This document shows, piece by piece, positions 1 to 6,725 of a stretch of 42,442 nucleotides of DNA (its first letter is position 1; every line of letters starts with the position of its first letter). This DNA comes from Ignavibacteria bacterium (GTDB taxonomy: Bacteria > Bacteroidota > Ignavibacteria > Ignavibacteriales > Ignavibacteriaceae), in assembly GCA_050114555.1 (NCBI GenBank), contig JASFSF010000001.1, positions 1-42,442 of the forward strand, given 5' to 3'. The position numbers and the translations under genes were made by a program. The notes beneath the pieces were generated by a model. That model saw nothing but the letters and a program-made list of their open reading frames with translations. It had not been told where the DNA came from and searched no databases.

Positions 1-181
1 CGTAAACATATCTTGGGTTCACTAGTCTACTTTAAGGTACAATTCAACTAGTTACAGAGTCACAAGGAGTGATGATCCCACTCTTTAAAGGATTGCTGCT
101 TTTAAGCCTACCTTCCTATTAATCTTGAGTGTTCTTAATTTTGTCCATCTCGGCAGTGCGTCATGGTTTTGTATAAGAACG

Positions 182-198
182 AAAAATCCCGTCCGGGG
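182..198 (-). terminator. weak intrinsic terminator candidate downstream of the tRNA pair
   Basis: Minus strand reads CCC-CGGAC-GGG followed by ATTTTTC, about 105 nt after the tRNA-Leu 3' end. The stem is only 3-4 bp. Confidence 0.25.
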
Positions 199-257
199 TG
201 CGCATTAACGTCTTTGGAGAGGTTAAGAGGCGTAACGAGAAATAAATCTAAGAAAAG

Positions 258-263
258 TATAAT
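258..263 (+). promoter_or_regulatory. TATAAT -10 hexamer inside the 16-nt box AAGTATAATAAAGTTA (255-270)
   Basis: The box recurs exactly (16/16) at 34091-34106 upstream of the scaffold/capsid genes. This copy points antisense into the tRNA genes. Confidence 0.3.
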
Positions 264-301
264 AAAGTTATACTTGTATTAAATTTATAATAAACTAGTA
301 A

Positions 302-389
302 TGGTGCCCGGAGCCGGAATCGAACCGGCACGATCGCAATGATCGAGGGATTTTAAGTCCCTTGCGTCTACCTATTTCGCCATCCGGGC
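302..389 (-). tRNA. tRNA-Leu, anticodon UAA, class II with long variable arm, CCA encoded
   Basis: Hand-folded cloverleaf of the reverse complement: acceptor GCCCGGA/TCCGGGC, anticodon stem AGGGA/TCCCT, loop CTTAAAA, variable hairpin CGATC..GATCG, T arm GCCGG-TTCGATT-CCGGC, 3' ACCA. Confidence 0.9.
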
Positions 390-394
390 ATAAT

Positions 395-411
395 TTGAAC
401 TAAGAGTTCAA
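395..411. other. perfect 7-bp/3-nt hairpin TTGAACT-AAG-AGTTCAA in the spacer between the two tRNAs
   Basis: Inverted repeat read directly from the sequence. Possible processing site; function unknown. Confidence 0.35.
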
Positions 412-420
412 TAATGAAAA

Positions 421-495
421 TGGACCTAGTATCGAGAATCGAACTCGAATGACGCGGTTATAAGCCGGGCCCTCTAACCATTGAGGTATACTAGG
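421..495 (-). tRNA. tRNA-Ile, anticodon UAU (reads AUA), CCA encoded
   Basis: Hand fold: acceptor CCTAGTA/TACTAGG, D arm CCTC-AATGGTTA-GAGG, anticodon stem CCCGG/CCGCG (one C-C mismatch), loop CTTATAA, T arm TCGAG-TTCGATT-CTCGA, discriminator T plus CCA. Confidence 0.8.
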
Positions 496-523
496 TTATA
501 TTATAAAGCAGATAACATTATAA

Positions 524-748
524 TTAAATCATATCTGCTATTTTACTCAACTCTTCCTTAAAATCTCTTTTATATTTATTGCATTCTTTTTTAAGGTAAA
601 TAATACAATCAGAAATAGAAGAATTATCAAGAATATAATTTGAAAAATAGTCTTCATCTTCTTCGTTTCTGTACATTAAAGAATTATGAATATGTTGTTT
701 CTCTAGTTCTTCATTTCTGATTTCTTCATAAATTTCAGGATCAATCAT
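524..748 (-). CDS. hypothetical acidic protein (74 aa)
   Basis: Track ORF 524..916 trimmed to the ATG at 748, which lies 1 nt after the stop of 750..1013. The longer N-terminus is Ile/Leu junk overlapping that gene. Confidence 0.55.
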   Translation of the reverse strand: MIDPEIYEEIRNEELEKQHIHNSLMYRNEEDEDYFSNYILDNSSISDCIIYLKKECNKYKRDFKEELSKIADMI

Positions 749-749
749 A

Positions 750-1013
750 CTAGCCCTTATTGAAGTAGAATAGATACTCATTATTTTCATTAATAATTGT
801 ATTAATGACATTATCATCAATAGAAAAATTATTAATATGTAAGAATGGTCCTCCCGAAGGATCAATAAAAATAATATTATCAGGAGTATCTTCAAAACCA
901 TGACGGAAATAAGCAAGATTACCTTCTAGTTTATAAGAATTACTAGAATTTTTTGTAAATCTATATTGGTCATTATATCGATTTTTATAAATTGTATTTG
1001 ATAAATAATCCAT
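750..1013 (-). CDS. hypothetical protein (87 aa)
   Basis: Track ORF. TAATG overlap with the upstream zinc-ribbon gene. Confidence 0.6.
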   Translation of the reverse strand: MDYLSNTIYKNRYNDQYRFTKNSSNSYKLEGNLAYFRHGFEDTPDNIIFIDPSGGPFLHINNFSIDDNVINTIINENNEYLFYFNKG

Positions 1014-1222
1014 TAACTATCCTTATCTAATGGTTTTTCTTTCCATGAATACCCACAATTACAACAAGTACGAAGAATATGTTCTTTAATTTTATAATCT
1101 TCTTTATTTACTGGCATATCTATTTTATAATATAATAAGTTTATGTGAGAAGGAATATACTCAGTTTTAATATGCTCAAAATTGCATTTGGGACACTTTG
1201 CGTTTTTGTTGTAAGGTTTCAT
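1013..1222 (-). CDS. zinc-ribbon protein (CPKC ... CCNC)
   Basis: Track ORF. Two Cys pairs about 45 residues apart; AGGAAA lies 6 nt upstream of the ATG. Confidence 0.65.
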   Translation of the reverse strand: MKPYNKNAKCPKCNFEHIKTEYIPSHINLLYYKIDMPVNKEDYKIKEHILRTCCNCGYSWKEKPLDKDS

Positions 1223-1370
1223 TCAGTTTCCTGCTTATAAGGTAATCTTCAAGAAGAATAAGAGTAGTCCCTATTGAAGCTAGTGATTGGTAAAAAGAAG
1301 TTTGTGCTTGTTCTTCAGAATTTATAAGAGCAATATTTTGTTGATTATTATATTTTGAAAGAGGAATCAT
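1176..1370 (-). CDS. hypothetical protein (64 aa)
   Basis: Track ORF. It overlaps the next gene by 47 nt, so the 3' end is uncertain. Confidence 0.45.
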   Translation of the reverse strand: MIPLSKYNNQQNIALINSEEQAQTSFYQSLASIGTTLILLEDYLISRKLNETLQQKRKVSQMQF

Positions 1371-1388
1371 TTTTGTTTCCTAAGTTTT

Positions 1389-1562
1389 TCAATAATCTTT
1401 AATTAGTTTTGCTTCTAATTCTTTAACTTTCTTTCTTAACTTAGATACTTGTTGTTCAAGTTTTTCATTATAAGCTTGTAATTCTTTTATCTTTACTTTA
1501 TCCGCGATCCATTTAGGATTATTTTCATCATCATCATATTCAGGGTCATAATCAAATAACAT
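1389..1562 (-). CDS. small acidic/coiled-coil protein (57 aa, MLFDYDPEYDDDENNPKW...)
   Basis: Translated by hand; below the 60-aa track cutoff. Fills an otherwise empty gap on the coding strand. Confidence 0.5.
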   Translation of the reverse strand: MLFDYDPEYDDDENNPKWIADKVKIKELQAYNEKLEQQVSKLRKKVKELEAKLIKDY

Positions 1563-1564
1563 CT

Positions 1565-1720
1565 TTATTTCCTTAGTTTTTCGATATATTTTTTAATTGT
1601 TTCAAGATGTTCTTTTTCAGAACCTTTAGCTTTTTTAAGACGACCAAGTACTACTTTCCAAGTATGAACTAGTTCTTCATCTGATTTAGAATTTAGTTTT
1701 TCTTTTTCTTCTTTAGTCAT
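1565..1720 (-). CDS. small Lys/Glu-rich protein (51 aa, MTKEEKEKLNSKSDEEL...)
   Basis: Translated by hand; abuts neighbouring genes with 1-2 nt spacers. Confidence 0.5.
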   Translation of the reverse strand: MTKEEKEKLNSKSDEELVHTWKVVLGRLKKAKGSEKEHLETIKKYIEKLRK

Positions 1721-1721
1721 A

Positions 1722-1841
1722 TTAAATCCATTTTGTGTAATCTACACGTTCAGCAAATTGTAAAAGAACAGGATTAGCCATAAATTCTTGAGGAGTAATT
1801 TGATCTAGTCTTCTACAAAGTTCTTCATATGTAATAGTCAT
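1722..1841 (-). CDS. small protein (39 aa, MTITYEELCRRLDQITPQEF...)
   Basis: Translated by hand. ATGA overlap with the stop of the SLT-like gene. Confidence 0.45.
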   Translation of the reverse strand: MTITYEELCRRLDQITPQEFMANPVLLQFAERVDYTKWI

Positions 1842-2311
1842 TTAATATACCTTTTTAAAAATCTCATATAACGATAAATTCGTTTTTGATATCCATGAGT
1901 AGTGAAATTACTAGTTCCGTTATATGCACCAATAGCTTTATCCCATGATTTATATCTATTATAAAGAGTAAGTATTTTTTTAATAGCTACATCTCTAGAC
2001 CATTCTTTATTAACTACTAGTTTAGTAGCATAAAGACTACGATTATACTTAGTATCTGGAATTTCATAATCAGATAAAAAATATTTGATATGCTGATGAT
2101 AACAACCATATTGATTATTATGAATTTGAAACTTACAACCAGTAGATTCTGCCCAGTTAATTGAAGCAAGAGTTAAACCTACATCGTATTGCTTACCATA
2201 ATGATAATCTTCGATAATGGCTTTTTGTTGTGATTTAGAAAGTAATGACCATTCTTTTTCAACAGACATAGCTGAAAGTAAAAATGGAATTAGTAGAATA
2301 AAATATTTCAT
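1838..2311 (-). CDS. secreted lytic-transglycosylase-like protein (SLT-type motifs)
   Basis: N-terminal signal peptide MKYFILLIPFLLSAMS. WAESTG (catalytic Glu-Ser context) and AIGAYNGT (AYNAG-like) motifs. Confidence 0.45.
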   Translation of the reverse strand: MKYFILLIPFLLSAMSVEKEWSLLSKSQQKAIIEDYHYGKQYDVGLTLASINWAESTGCKFQIHNNQYGCYHQHIKYFLSDYEIPDTKYNRSLYATKLVVNKEWSRDVAIKKILTLYNRYKSWDKAIGAYNGTSNFTTHGYQKRIYRYMRFLKRYIK

Positions 2312-2373
2312 TAGGCTTTAGAAAGAAGCCATGTAAAAGCTATCGTAATAACGATTAAAATAACCCAGTCCAT
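2311..2373 (-). CDS. 20-aa hydrophobic micropeptide (MDWVILIVITIAFTWLLSKA)
   Basis: AAGGA lies 8 nt upstream. TAATG coupling to the SLT-like gene. Very short. Confidence 0.3.
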   Translation of the reverse strand: MDWVILIVITIAFTWLLSKA

Positions 2374-2431
2374 AATTAATCCTTTATATGTTATTTAAAT
2401 ATATTTATTATATACTTCTTTAGATGTTTTA

Positions 2432-2659
2432 TTACTCATCTTTTGAATATGTATATTCTTCAAATAAGAAAAGTGAGGTACTATAGAAATAGCGTTTTGT
2501 ATTACAATATCGTTCAAAATCTTTTAATGCATCTTCTTTAGAATTATATCCATATTCATCTAAAGTAGTCTGTGAATAGTATGGACCAATAGGTTCTGGA
2601 TTTTTTACAAGTCCATCATCAGAAATCTCTTTCCAATAATATTTAATTGTGGGTTTCAT
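2432..2659 (-). CDS. hypothetical protein (75 aa)
   Basis: Track ORF; AAGGAG RBS. Confidence 0.65.
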   Translation of the reverse strand: MKPTIKYYWKEISDDGLVKNPEPIGPYYSQTTLDEYGYNSKEDALKDFERYCNTKRYFYSTSLFLFEEYTYSKDE

Positions 2660-2672
2660 AATAAATAACTCC

Positions 2673-3122
2673 TTATTTAACTAGATTTGAAGCAAACTCA
2701 ATAAGCCATAGTTTAGGTGCAATCCAAATTTTTAGCCATTCTATATTTACCATACTTATAAAAATAGGGATGCCAATAATAGGGAGTAAAATAGTACTTA
2801 CTTTTATAAAATCATAAATATCAGATGTTAAATTAGAATTATACCTAGAATTATACCTAGTCCATGATTTACCGTCATCAAAATCTTTAGTAATTTTTTT
2901 ATATATTTTATAACTAATAAAAATACTTAGAAAAAGAATTACAAAAGAAGCAATAACTAGAATAAAATTATAAAATCCATACCAGAGGAGAGTTTGTTGG
3001 ATTATTTCTGGAGTTTGGGAAGTAATAAATTCTTTAGCTTGATCAGTAGTACTAATAGAACTAGTGATTAAATCAGCAAGAGTTTGATCTAAATTTATTG
3101 AAATAGTTGTATTATTATCCAT
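2673..3122 (-). CDS. integral membrane protein (149 aa, about 3 TM)
   Basis: Track ORF. Long hydrophobic segments, e.g. LLWYGFYNFILVIASFVILFLSIFI and ILLPIIGIPIFISMV. Confidence 0.65.
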   Translation of the reverse strand: MDNNTTISINLDQTLADLITSSISTTDQAKEFITSQTPEIIQQTLLWYGFYNFILVIASFVILFLSIFISYKIYKKITKDFDDGKSWTRYNSRYNSNLTSDIYDFIKVSTILLPIIGIPIFISMVNIEWLKIWIAPKLWLIEFASNLVK

Positions 3123-3137
3123 AGTTAACCTTTTGAT

Positions 3138-3242
3138 TTACCGGAATTCTTCATAATAATCTTTAGCTACCATGATAATTACAGCAATTATTAAAATAGG
3201 TACTAAAACAAGTAATGTATAGCCAATAATGTTTAATAGCAT
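3138..3242 (-). CDS. 34-aa single-TM micropeptide
   Basis: Hand translation MLLNIIGYTLLVLVPILIIAVIIMVAKDYYEEFR; sits in an otherwise empty gap. Confidence 0.35.
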   Translation of the reverse strand: MLLNIIGYTLLVLVPILIIAVIIMVAKDYYEEFR

Positions 3243-3245
3243 AGA

Positions 3246-3707
3246 TTAATCTTCTAGTTTGTTATAAGCTTCTTTAGCCCATTCAGGCCATTCACCTTCA
3301 TATGGTTCGATAATGATATTATATATCTTTAATTCAGCAATTTCTATTTCAGAAAGATGTGTTCCGTTTGTACTATAAAAATAGTCTTTAGTAACATCAT
3401 AAAATGTTAATGCTCTAGACATAGCGCTATCTTTGTAATATATCCAAACTAGTTGTTTATGCTCAAGTGGTTGTTTATATTCGTTTTTTACATCAGACCA
3501 AAATTTAGCTTGTTGAATAATTTTAATATTCTCTTCATCATTCATATTATAAAAATACGAGTAAGTTCCATAAAGATCATCACATTTATAGAGTACAATA
3601 GGATATTGTTCGATAGAGCTAATAATATCTAAACTAAAATCAAAAACTTTTTTATTTTTTGCTTCAAGTACCTCTGTCTCACTCATAAAAATAATTGGTG
3701 TTTTCAT
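3246..3707 (-). CDS. hypothetical protein (153 aa)
   Basis: Track ORF. ATGA overlap with the upstream gene. Confidence 0.7.
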   Translation of the reverse strand: MKTPIIFMSETEVLEAKNKKVFDFSLDIISSIEQYPIVLYKCDDLYGTYSYFYNMNDEENIKIIQQAKFWSDVKNEYKQPLEHKQLVWIYYKDSAMSRALTFYDVTKDYFYSTNGTHLSEIEIAELKIYNIIIEPYEGEWPEWAKEAYNKLED

Positions 3708-3898
3708 TCGATGTCCTTTGGTTTATTAGATGGGTAGAATGATTCTGCAAAAGCAATAACTAAACAAAAAGTAACTGTATTAAGTGCAGTCATATGACCA
3801 GTAAAAATAGAAAATAGGTAATCGATAACTAGTAGAACAAGTGCAAATAATACTAGATTAGCTGGTTTAAGAGTAGGTGTATTAAAATATTTAAACAT
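3704..3898 (-). CDS. small membrane protein (64 aa, 2 TM)
   Basis: Track ORF; AAGGAA RBS; hydrophobic throughout. Confidence 0.6.
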   Translation of the reverse strand: MFKYFNTPTLKPANLVLFALVLLVIDYLFSIFTGHMTALNTVTFCLVIAFAESFYPSNKPKDIE

Positions 3899-3973
3899 AA
3901 GTTTCCTTGTATATTGGTGTATGTAAAGAAAGGCTAAATAGCCATTTTTATTTTTGCCGAAGTGTACGTTAAG

Positions 3974-4162
3974 TTAACTTCTGGAAATAAGTTTTTTAAG
4001 TGATTTTGAAGTCATATTTTCTGGTTGGTAAAATTCTTTTGTACCATCAGACCATACTACATCAATAAGTTCATCACGGTAAGAAATCTTCTTTGCTTGC
4101 ATATTATATTTTTGCATAAGATTAGAAAGTTCAATGAAGAATTGTCGTTGTTTATTTTTCAT
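3974..4162 (-). CDS. hypothetical protein (62 aa)
   Basis: Track ORF; AAAGGA RBS. Confidence 0.6.
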   Translation of the reverse strand: MKNKQRQFFIELSNLMQKYNMQAKKISYRDELIDVVWSDGTKEFYQPENMTSKSLKKLISRS

Positions 4163-4171
4163 TTTTATCCT

Positions 4172-4366
4172 TTACATAAAGTAATACGAATTACGTGGTT
4201 TATACTTAATAGTTTTACTATCACCAAAAATAGCGTTAAGCCAAATCATATTAAAATGTTTTCGTTTTTTGTAAACAAATCTAATAGCTGACTTACGGGT
4301 AAAAAAATATTCTTTTTGAACAAACGGTACAGGACTATCAGTACCACAAACTACGGTGTAAAGCAT
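4172..4366 (-). CDS. hypothetical basic protein (64 aa)
   Basis: Track ORF; GGAGAA RBS. Confidence 0.6.
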   Translation of the reverse strand: MLYTVVCGTDSPVPFVQKEYFFTRKSAIRFVYKKRKHFNMIWLNAIFGDSKTIKYKPRNSYYFM

Positions 4367-4368
4367 AA

Positions 4369-4527
4369 TTATTTCTCCATTAAATTATGTACAGCATCTG
4401 CACATGCTACACCAGCAGGAAGAGCATAGCAAAATGCAATAAGTTCTTCACTAAATCCCATAAATGCTAAAGTCGTTCCTATAATTACCAAAGCAATAGC
4501 AGTAGTATTTAAAAATGTTGAAAACAT
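4369..4527 (-). CDS. 52-aa membrane mini-protein
   Basis: Hand translation MFSTFLNTTAIALVIIGTTLAFMGF...; preceded by the conserved junction AAAGGATTATTATG. Confidence 0.5.
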   Translation of the reverse strand: MFSTFLNTTAIALVIIGTTLAFMGFSEELIAFCYALPAGVACADAVHNLMEK

Positions 4528-4536
4528 AATAATCCT

Positions 4537-4899
4537 TTATTTTAATGCTGAATTTGCAATTTTAATATAGTCAAGAAGTTTAGGGTTATCTTTTTCAGTT
4601 AGATAGCATTGATTAACTCCTTTAGGTGCTTCATAACCTTTAGAAGAATAACCATAAAGATTAGCTATGATATTATGAAAAATAGCTTTAGGTCCGTATT
4701 GTGATTCAATAGAAGCTGCTGCAAAATCCATATATTTTTGGCTATAACCACTAAGCTTAAAAGCTTTAACAATTAGCCATTGTTCAGTAATATTTGCATG
4801 AGCCATAAGACCTTCATGTACTGCAAGATAATAACTAGGATCATTTAACAAGTTAAAAATACCTGTAATATCTTTTTTATCAAGAAGCTCTTTAATCAT
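4537..4899 (-). CDS. hypothetical protein (120 aa)
   Basis: Track ORF; conserved junction TAAGGATTATTATG. Confidence 0.7.
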   Translation of the reverse strand: MIKELLDKKDITGIFNLLNDPSYYLAVHEGLMAHANITEQWLIVKAFKLSGYSQKYMDFAAASIESQYGPKAIFHNIIANLYGYSSKGYEAPKGVNQCYLTEKDNPKLLDYIKIANSALK

Positions 4900-4907
4900 A
4901 ATAATCC

Positions 4908-5081
4908 TTATTTATAATATGTAATTACTAATGAAAAAATAAAAACAATTATAGAAATTACTGCAATTTCTTTTCTTGCTCGATTTTTGCCATCAATAAA
5001 ACCTTGTAAATATCTTTTTTCTTCAGGTGTTTTTGAAAATTTAAATTTCAATTCATCTGTTAATTGTTCCATATCAGGCAT
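4908..5081 (-). CDS. 57-aa protein with C-terminal TM anchor
   Basis: Hand translation MPDMEQLTDELKFKFSKTPEEKRYLQGF...ISIIVFIFSLVITYYK; conserved junction TAAGGATTATTATG. Confidence 0.5.
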   Translation of the reverse strand: MPDMEQLTDELKFKFSKTPEEKRYLQGFIDGKNRARKEIAVISIIVFIFSLVITYYK

Positions 5082-5089
5082 AATAATCC

Positions 5090-5449
5090 TTATTTTAATA
5101 TACTAGGGAGTTGTCCTATAAATGGTTCACAAAATTTGAAATTTTGTACATTCATTGAGTTTTTAGGAGTCATATAAGCAGTATATTGATTATCTGCTTT
5201 GTATTTTAGTTTACCTAATTTTGGTATTTCTTTTTTATTATTAAAAAACCAACACCATTCATTTTTTTGTGGTTGCCAAAGAGTTAAATAATTATAATGT
5301 ATAGATAATTTTGTTATTATTCTATTTTCCCAAATGCCTTCTATACTAACCGTTGTCCCATTTTGTCCAAATTTTTCAATGCGATGTGGTTTGCAACTTT
5401 TAAAATCATCTATATCAACAATGACCCAATCGCCAATTTTAAAATTCAT
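5090..5449 (-). CDS. hypothetical protein (119 aa)
   Basis: Track ORF; AAAGGA RBS. Confidence 0.7.
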   Translation of the reverse strand: MNFKIGDWVIVDIDDFKSCKPHRIEKFGQNGTTVSIEGIWENRIITKLSIHYNYLTLWQPQKNEWCWFFNNKKEIPKLGKLKYKADNQYTAYMTPKNSMNVQNFKFCEPFIGQLPSILK

Positions 5450-5502
5450 TTATTATCCTTTTAGAATATTATTTAATATTAATATATCTTTTCTAACTTT
5501 TA

Positions 5503-5542
<40 letters not shown>

Positions 5543-5549
5543 AAAGTAA

Positions 5550-5563
5550 ACACCCGAAGGTGT
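5550..5563 (-). terminator. intrinsic terminator: ACACC-UUCG-GGUGU hairpin running into the T36 tract
   Basis: 5-bp GC-rich stem with a C(UUCG)G tetraloop on the minus strand, 7 nt after the stop of 5571..5738, followed by TTTACTTTTA plus T36. Confidence 0.7.
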
Positions 5564-5570
5564 CTACCAT

Positions 5571-5738
5571 TTAATCAATTTTACATTGTTCATTTGTATC
5601 ACGATCTACCGCAAATACACCTGACCATTCATCACCTGCGATAAAATAGACATTATATTCCTCTTTTAGACTTTCAAGTTTTCTTACGAATTCTTTTAAG
5701 TCTGTTTCTTGGACTTTTCTATTTTCTTTCTTTGACAT
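5571..5738 (-). CDS. small protein (55 aa, MSKKENRKVQETDLKEFVRKLESLKEEYNVYFIAGDEW...)
   Basis: Hand translation, 56 codons; strong AAGGAGAA RBS. Confidence 0.6.
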   Translation of the reverse strand: MSKKENRKVQETDLKEFVRKLESLKEEYNVYFIAGDEWSGVFAVDRDTNEQCKID

Positions 5739-5773
5739 TTATTCTCCTTTGTTTCTAAACCAACATAACCAAG

Positions 5774-5785
5774 CACCCAAAGGTG
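5774..5785 (-). terminator. short hairpin CACC-UUUG-GGUG within the conserved element GTAGACACCTTYGGGTG
   Basis: About 20 nt with one mismatch, shared with the 5550 hairpin region including flanking TCTAC. Lies between 5793..5975 and 5571..5738. Confidence 0.4.
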
Positions 5786-5792
5786 TCTACTA

Positions 5793-5975
5793 TTACTCTT
5801 TAAAAACAACTGGTAAAATTATAAAAGTTTCAAAACAAGGAAGAGCATTATATGCTTCTTCCATAGAGTCAAACGGATCAAATTTAATAACTTTACCCCA
5901 TAAAGATGTTTTAGTTGGCCTTTCAAGCATTCCTTTTTCATCAATTTGATAAATTACATACTTTAAATACTGCAT
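5793..5975 (-). CDS. hypothetical protein (60 aa)
   Basis: Track ORF. Confidence 0.55.
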   Translation of the reverse strand: MQYLKYVIYQIDEKGMLERPTKTSLWGKVIKFDPFDSMEEAYNALPCFETFIILPVVFKE

Positions 5976-5998
5976 AATAATTTCTTTAATTCCGTTAA

Positions 5999-6319
5999 TT
6001 ATTTTTCATTACTTCTAAAACCGACACAACCAAGTACTTTGCCTGAAGCATCTTTCTTTACAGAACCGGGTGCTACAACGTCTATACGGTCTTTTGGAAT
6101 ACAATTCAGGGCTAAGGCAGGAACAATATAGATCGTGCCTTCTAGAGGCTCTGGGAGACCTCTGATAGATGATACTTTAGTATGCATAATAGGAGCACCT
6201 GCATGCATACGAGTAACTTTAGTACTAGTACGTACTAGGATAGGTTTAGAACTAGGTTTAAGCACCAATCCTGAAGTAAGTTCATGGATTTCATGTTTTG
6301 TAAGATTTACATATCTCAT
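5999..6319 (-). CDS. conserved hypothetical protein (106 aa; NLTKHEI ... GLPEP ... IYIVPALA ... RIDVVAPG ... GCVGF)
   Basis: Track ORF; AAGGGGAA RBS. The motif string recalls a widespread phage/bacterial family of unknown function. Confidence 0.65.
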   Translation of the reverse strand: MRYVNLTKHEIHELTSGLVLKPSSKPILVRTSTKVTRMHAGAPIMHTKVSSIRGLPEPLEGTIYIVPALALNCIPKDRIDVVAPGSVKKDASGKVLGCVGFRSNEK

Positions 6320-6330
6320 ATTAATTCCCC

Positions 6331-6477
6331 TTAAAGTTCCGTCTTTTTAAATTGGTGTAGATTACACTTAACACAATAACGTTCTTGATAAAATATCATT
6401 GATCCATACTTATCTGATAGACGTTTTGTAACTTCCCATTTAGACCATTCATGTTTACATGAAAAGAAATTAAACAT
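6331..6477 (-). CDS. 48-aa Cys/His-rich (zinc-ribbon-like) protein
   Basis: Hand translation MFNFFSCKHEWSKWEV...YCVKCNLHQFKKTEL; TAATG coupling to the upstream gene. Confidence 0.5.
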   Translation of the reverse strand: MFNFFSCKHEWSKWEVTKRLSDKYGSMIFYQERYCVKCNLHQFKKTEL

Positions 6478-6725
6478 TAGTTCTCCTTAAATAGTTTTTT
6501 ATACCAAGGTACAATTTCTGTTTTTTCTTCAATAGGTTTTTCTTTAAACCATTTAGCTTCAGGCCCACAAGAATTTTTGTCATCTCTTAAAATATTACAA
6601 TAATAATTTGTAACTTCTGTTTTAAATACCTCTGCTCCTGTAACTTTACTTATAGTAAGATTATTAGGAGCAAAACAAACATGCATGTATCCATCATAAT
6701 ATTCACAATCTACACAGAATTTCAT
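6477..6725 (-). CDS. Cys-rich small protein (82 aa; CVDC ... C ... C ... C)
   Basis: Track ORF. TAATG coupling to the HD-domain gene. Confidence 0.65.
   Translation of the reverse strand: MKFCVDCEYYDGYMHVCFAPNNLTISKVTGAEVFKTEVTNYYCNILRDDKNSCGPEAKWFKEKPIEEKTEIVPWYKKLFKEN

Noticed and set aside
749-916. N-terminal 56 codons of track ORF 524..916
   Set aside because: The translation is hydrophobic low-complexity junk fully overlapping the better ORF 750..1013. An ATG at 748 directly follows that gene's stop.
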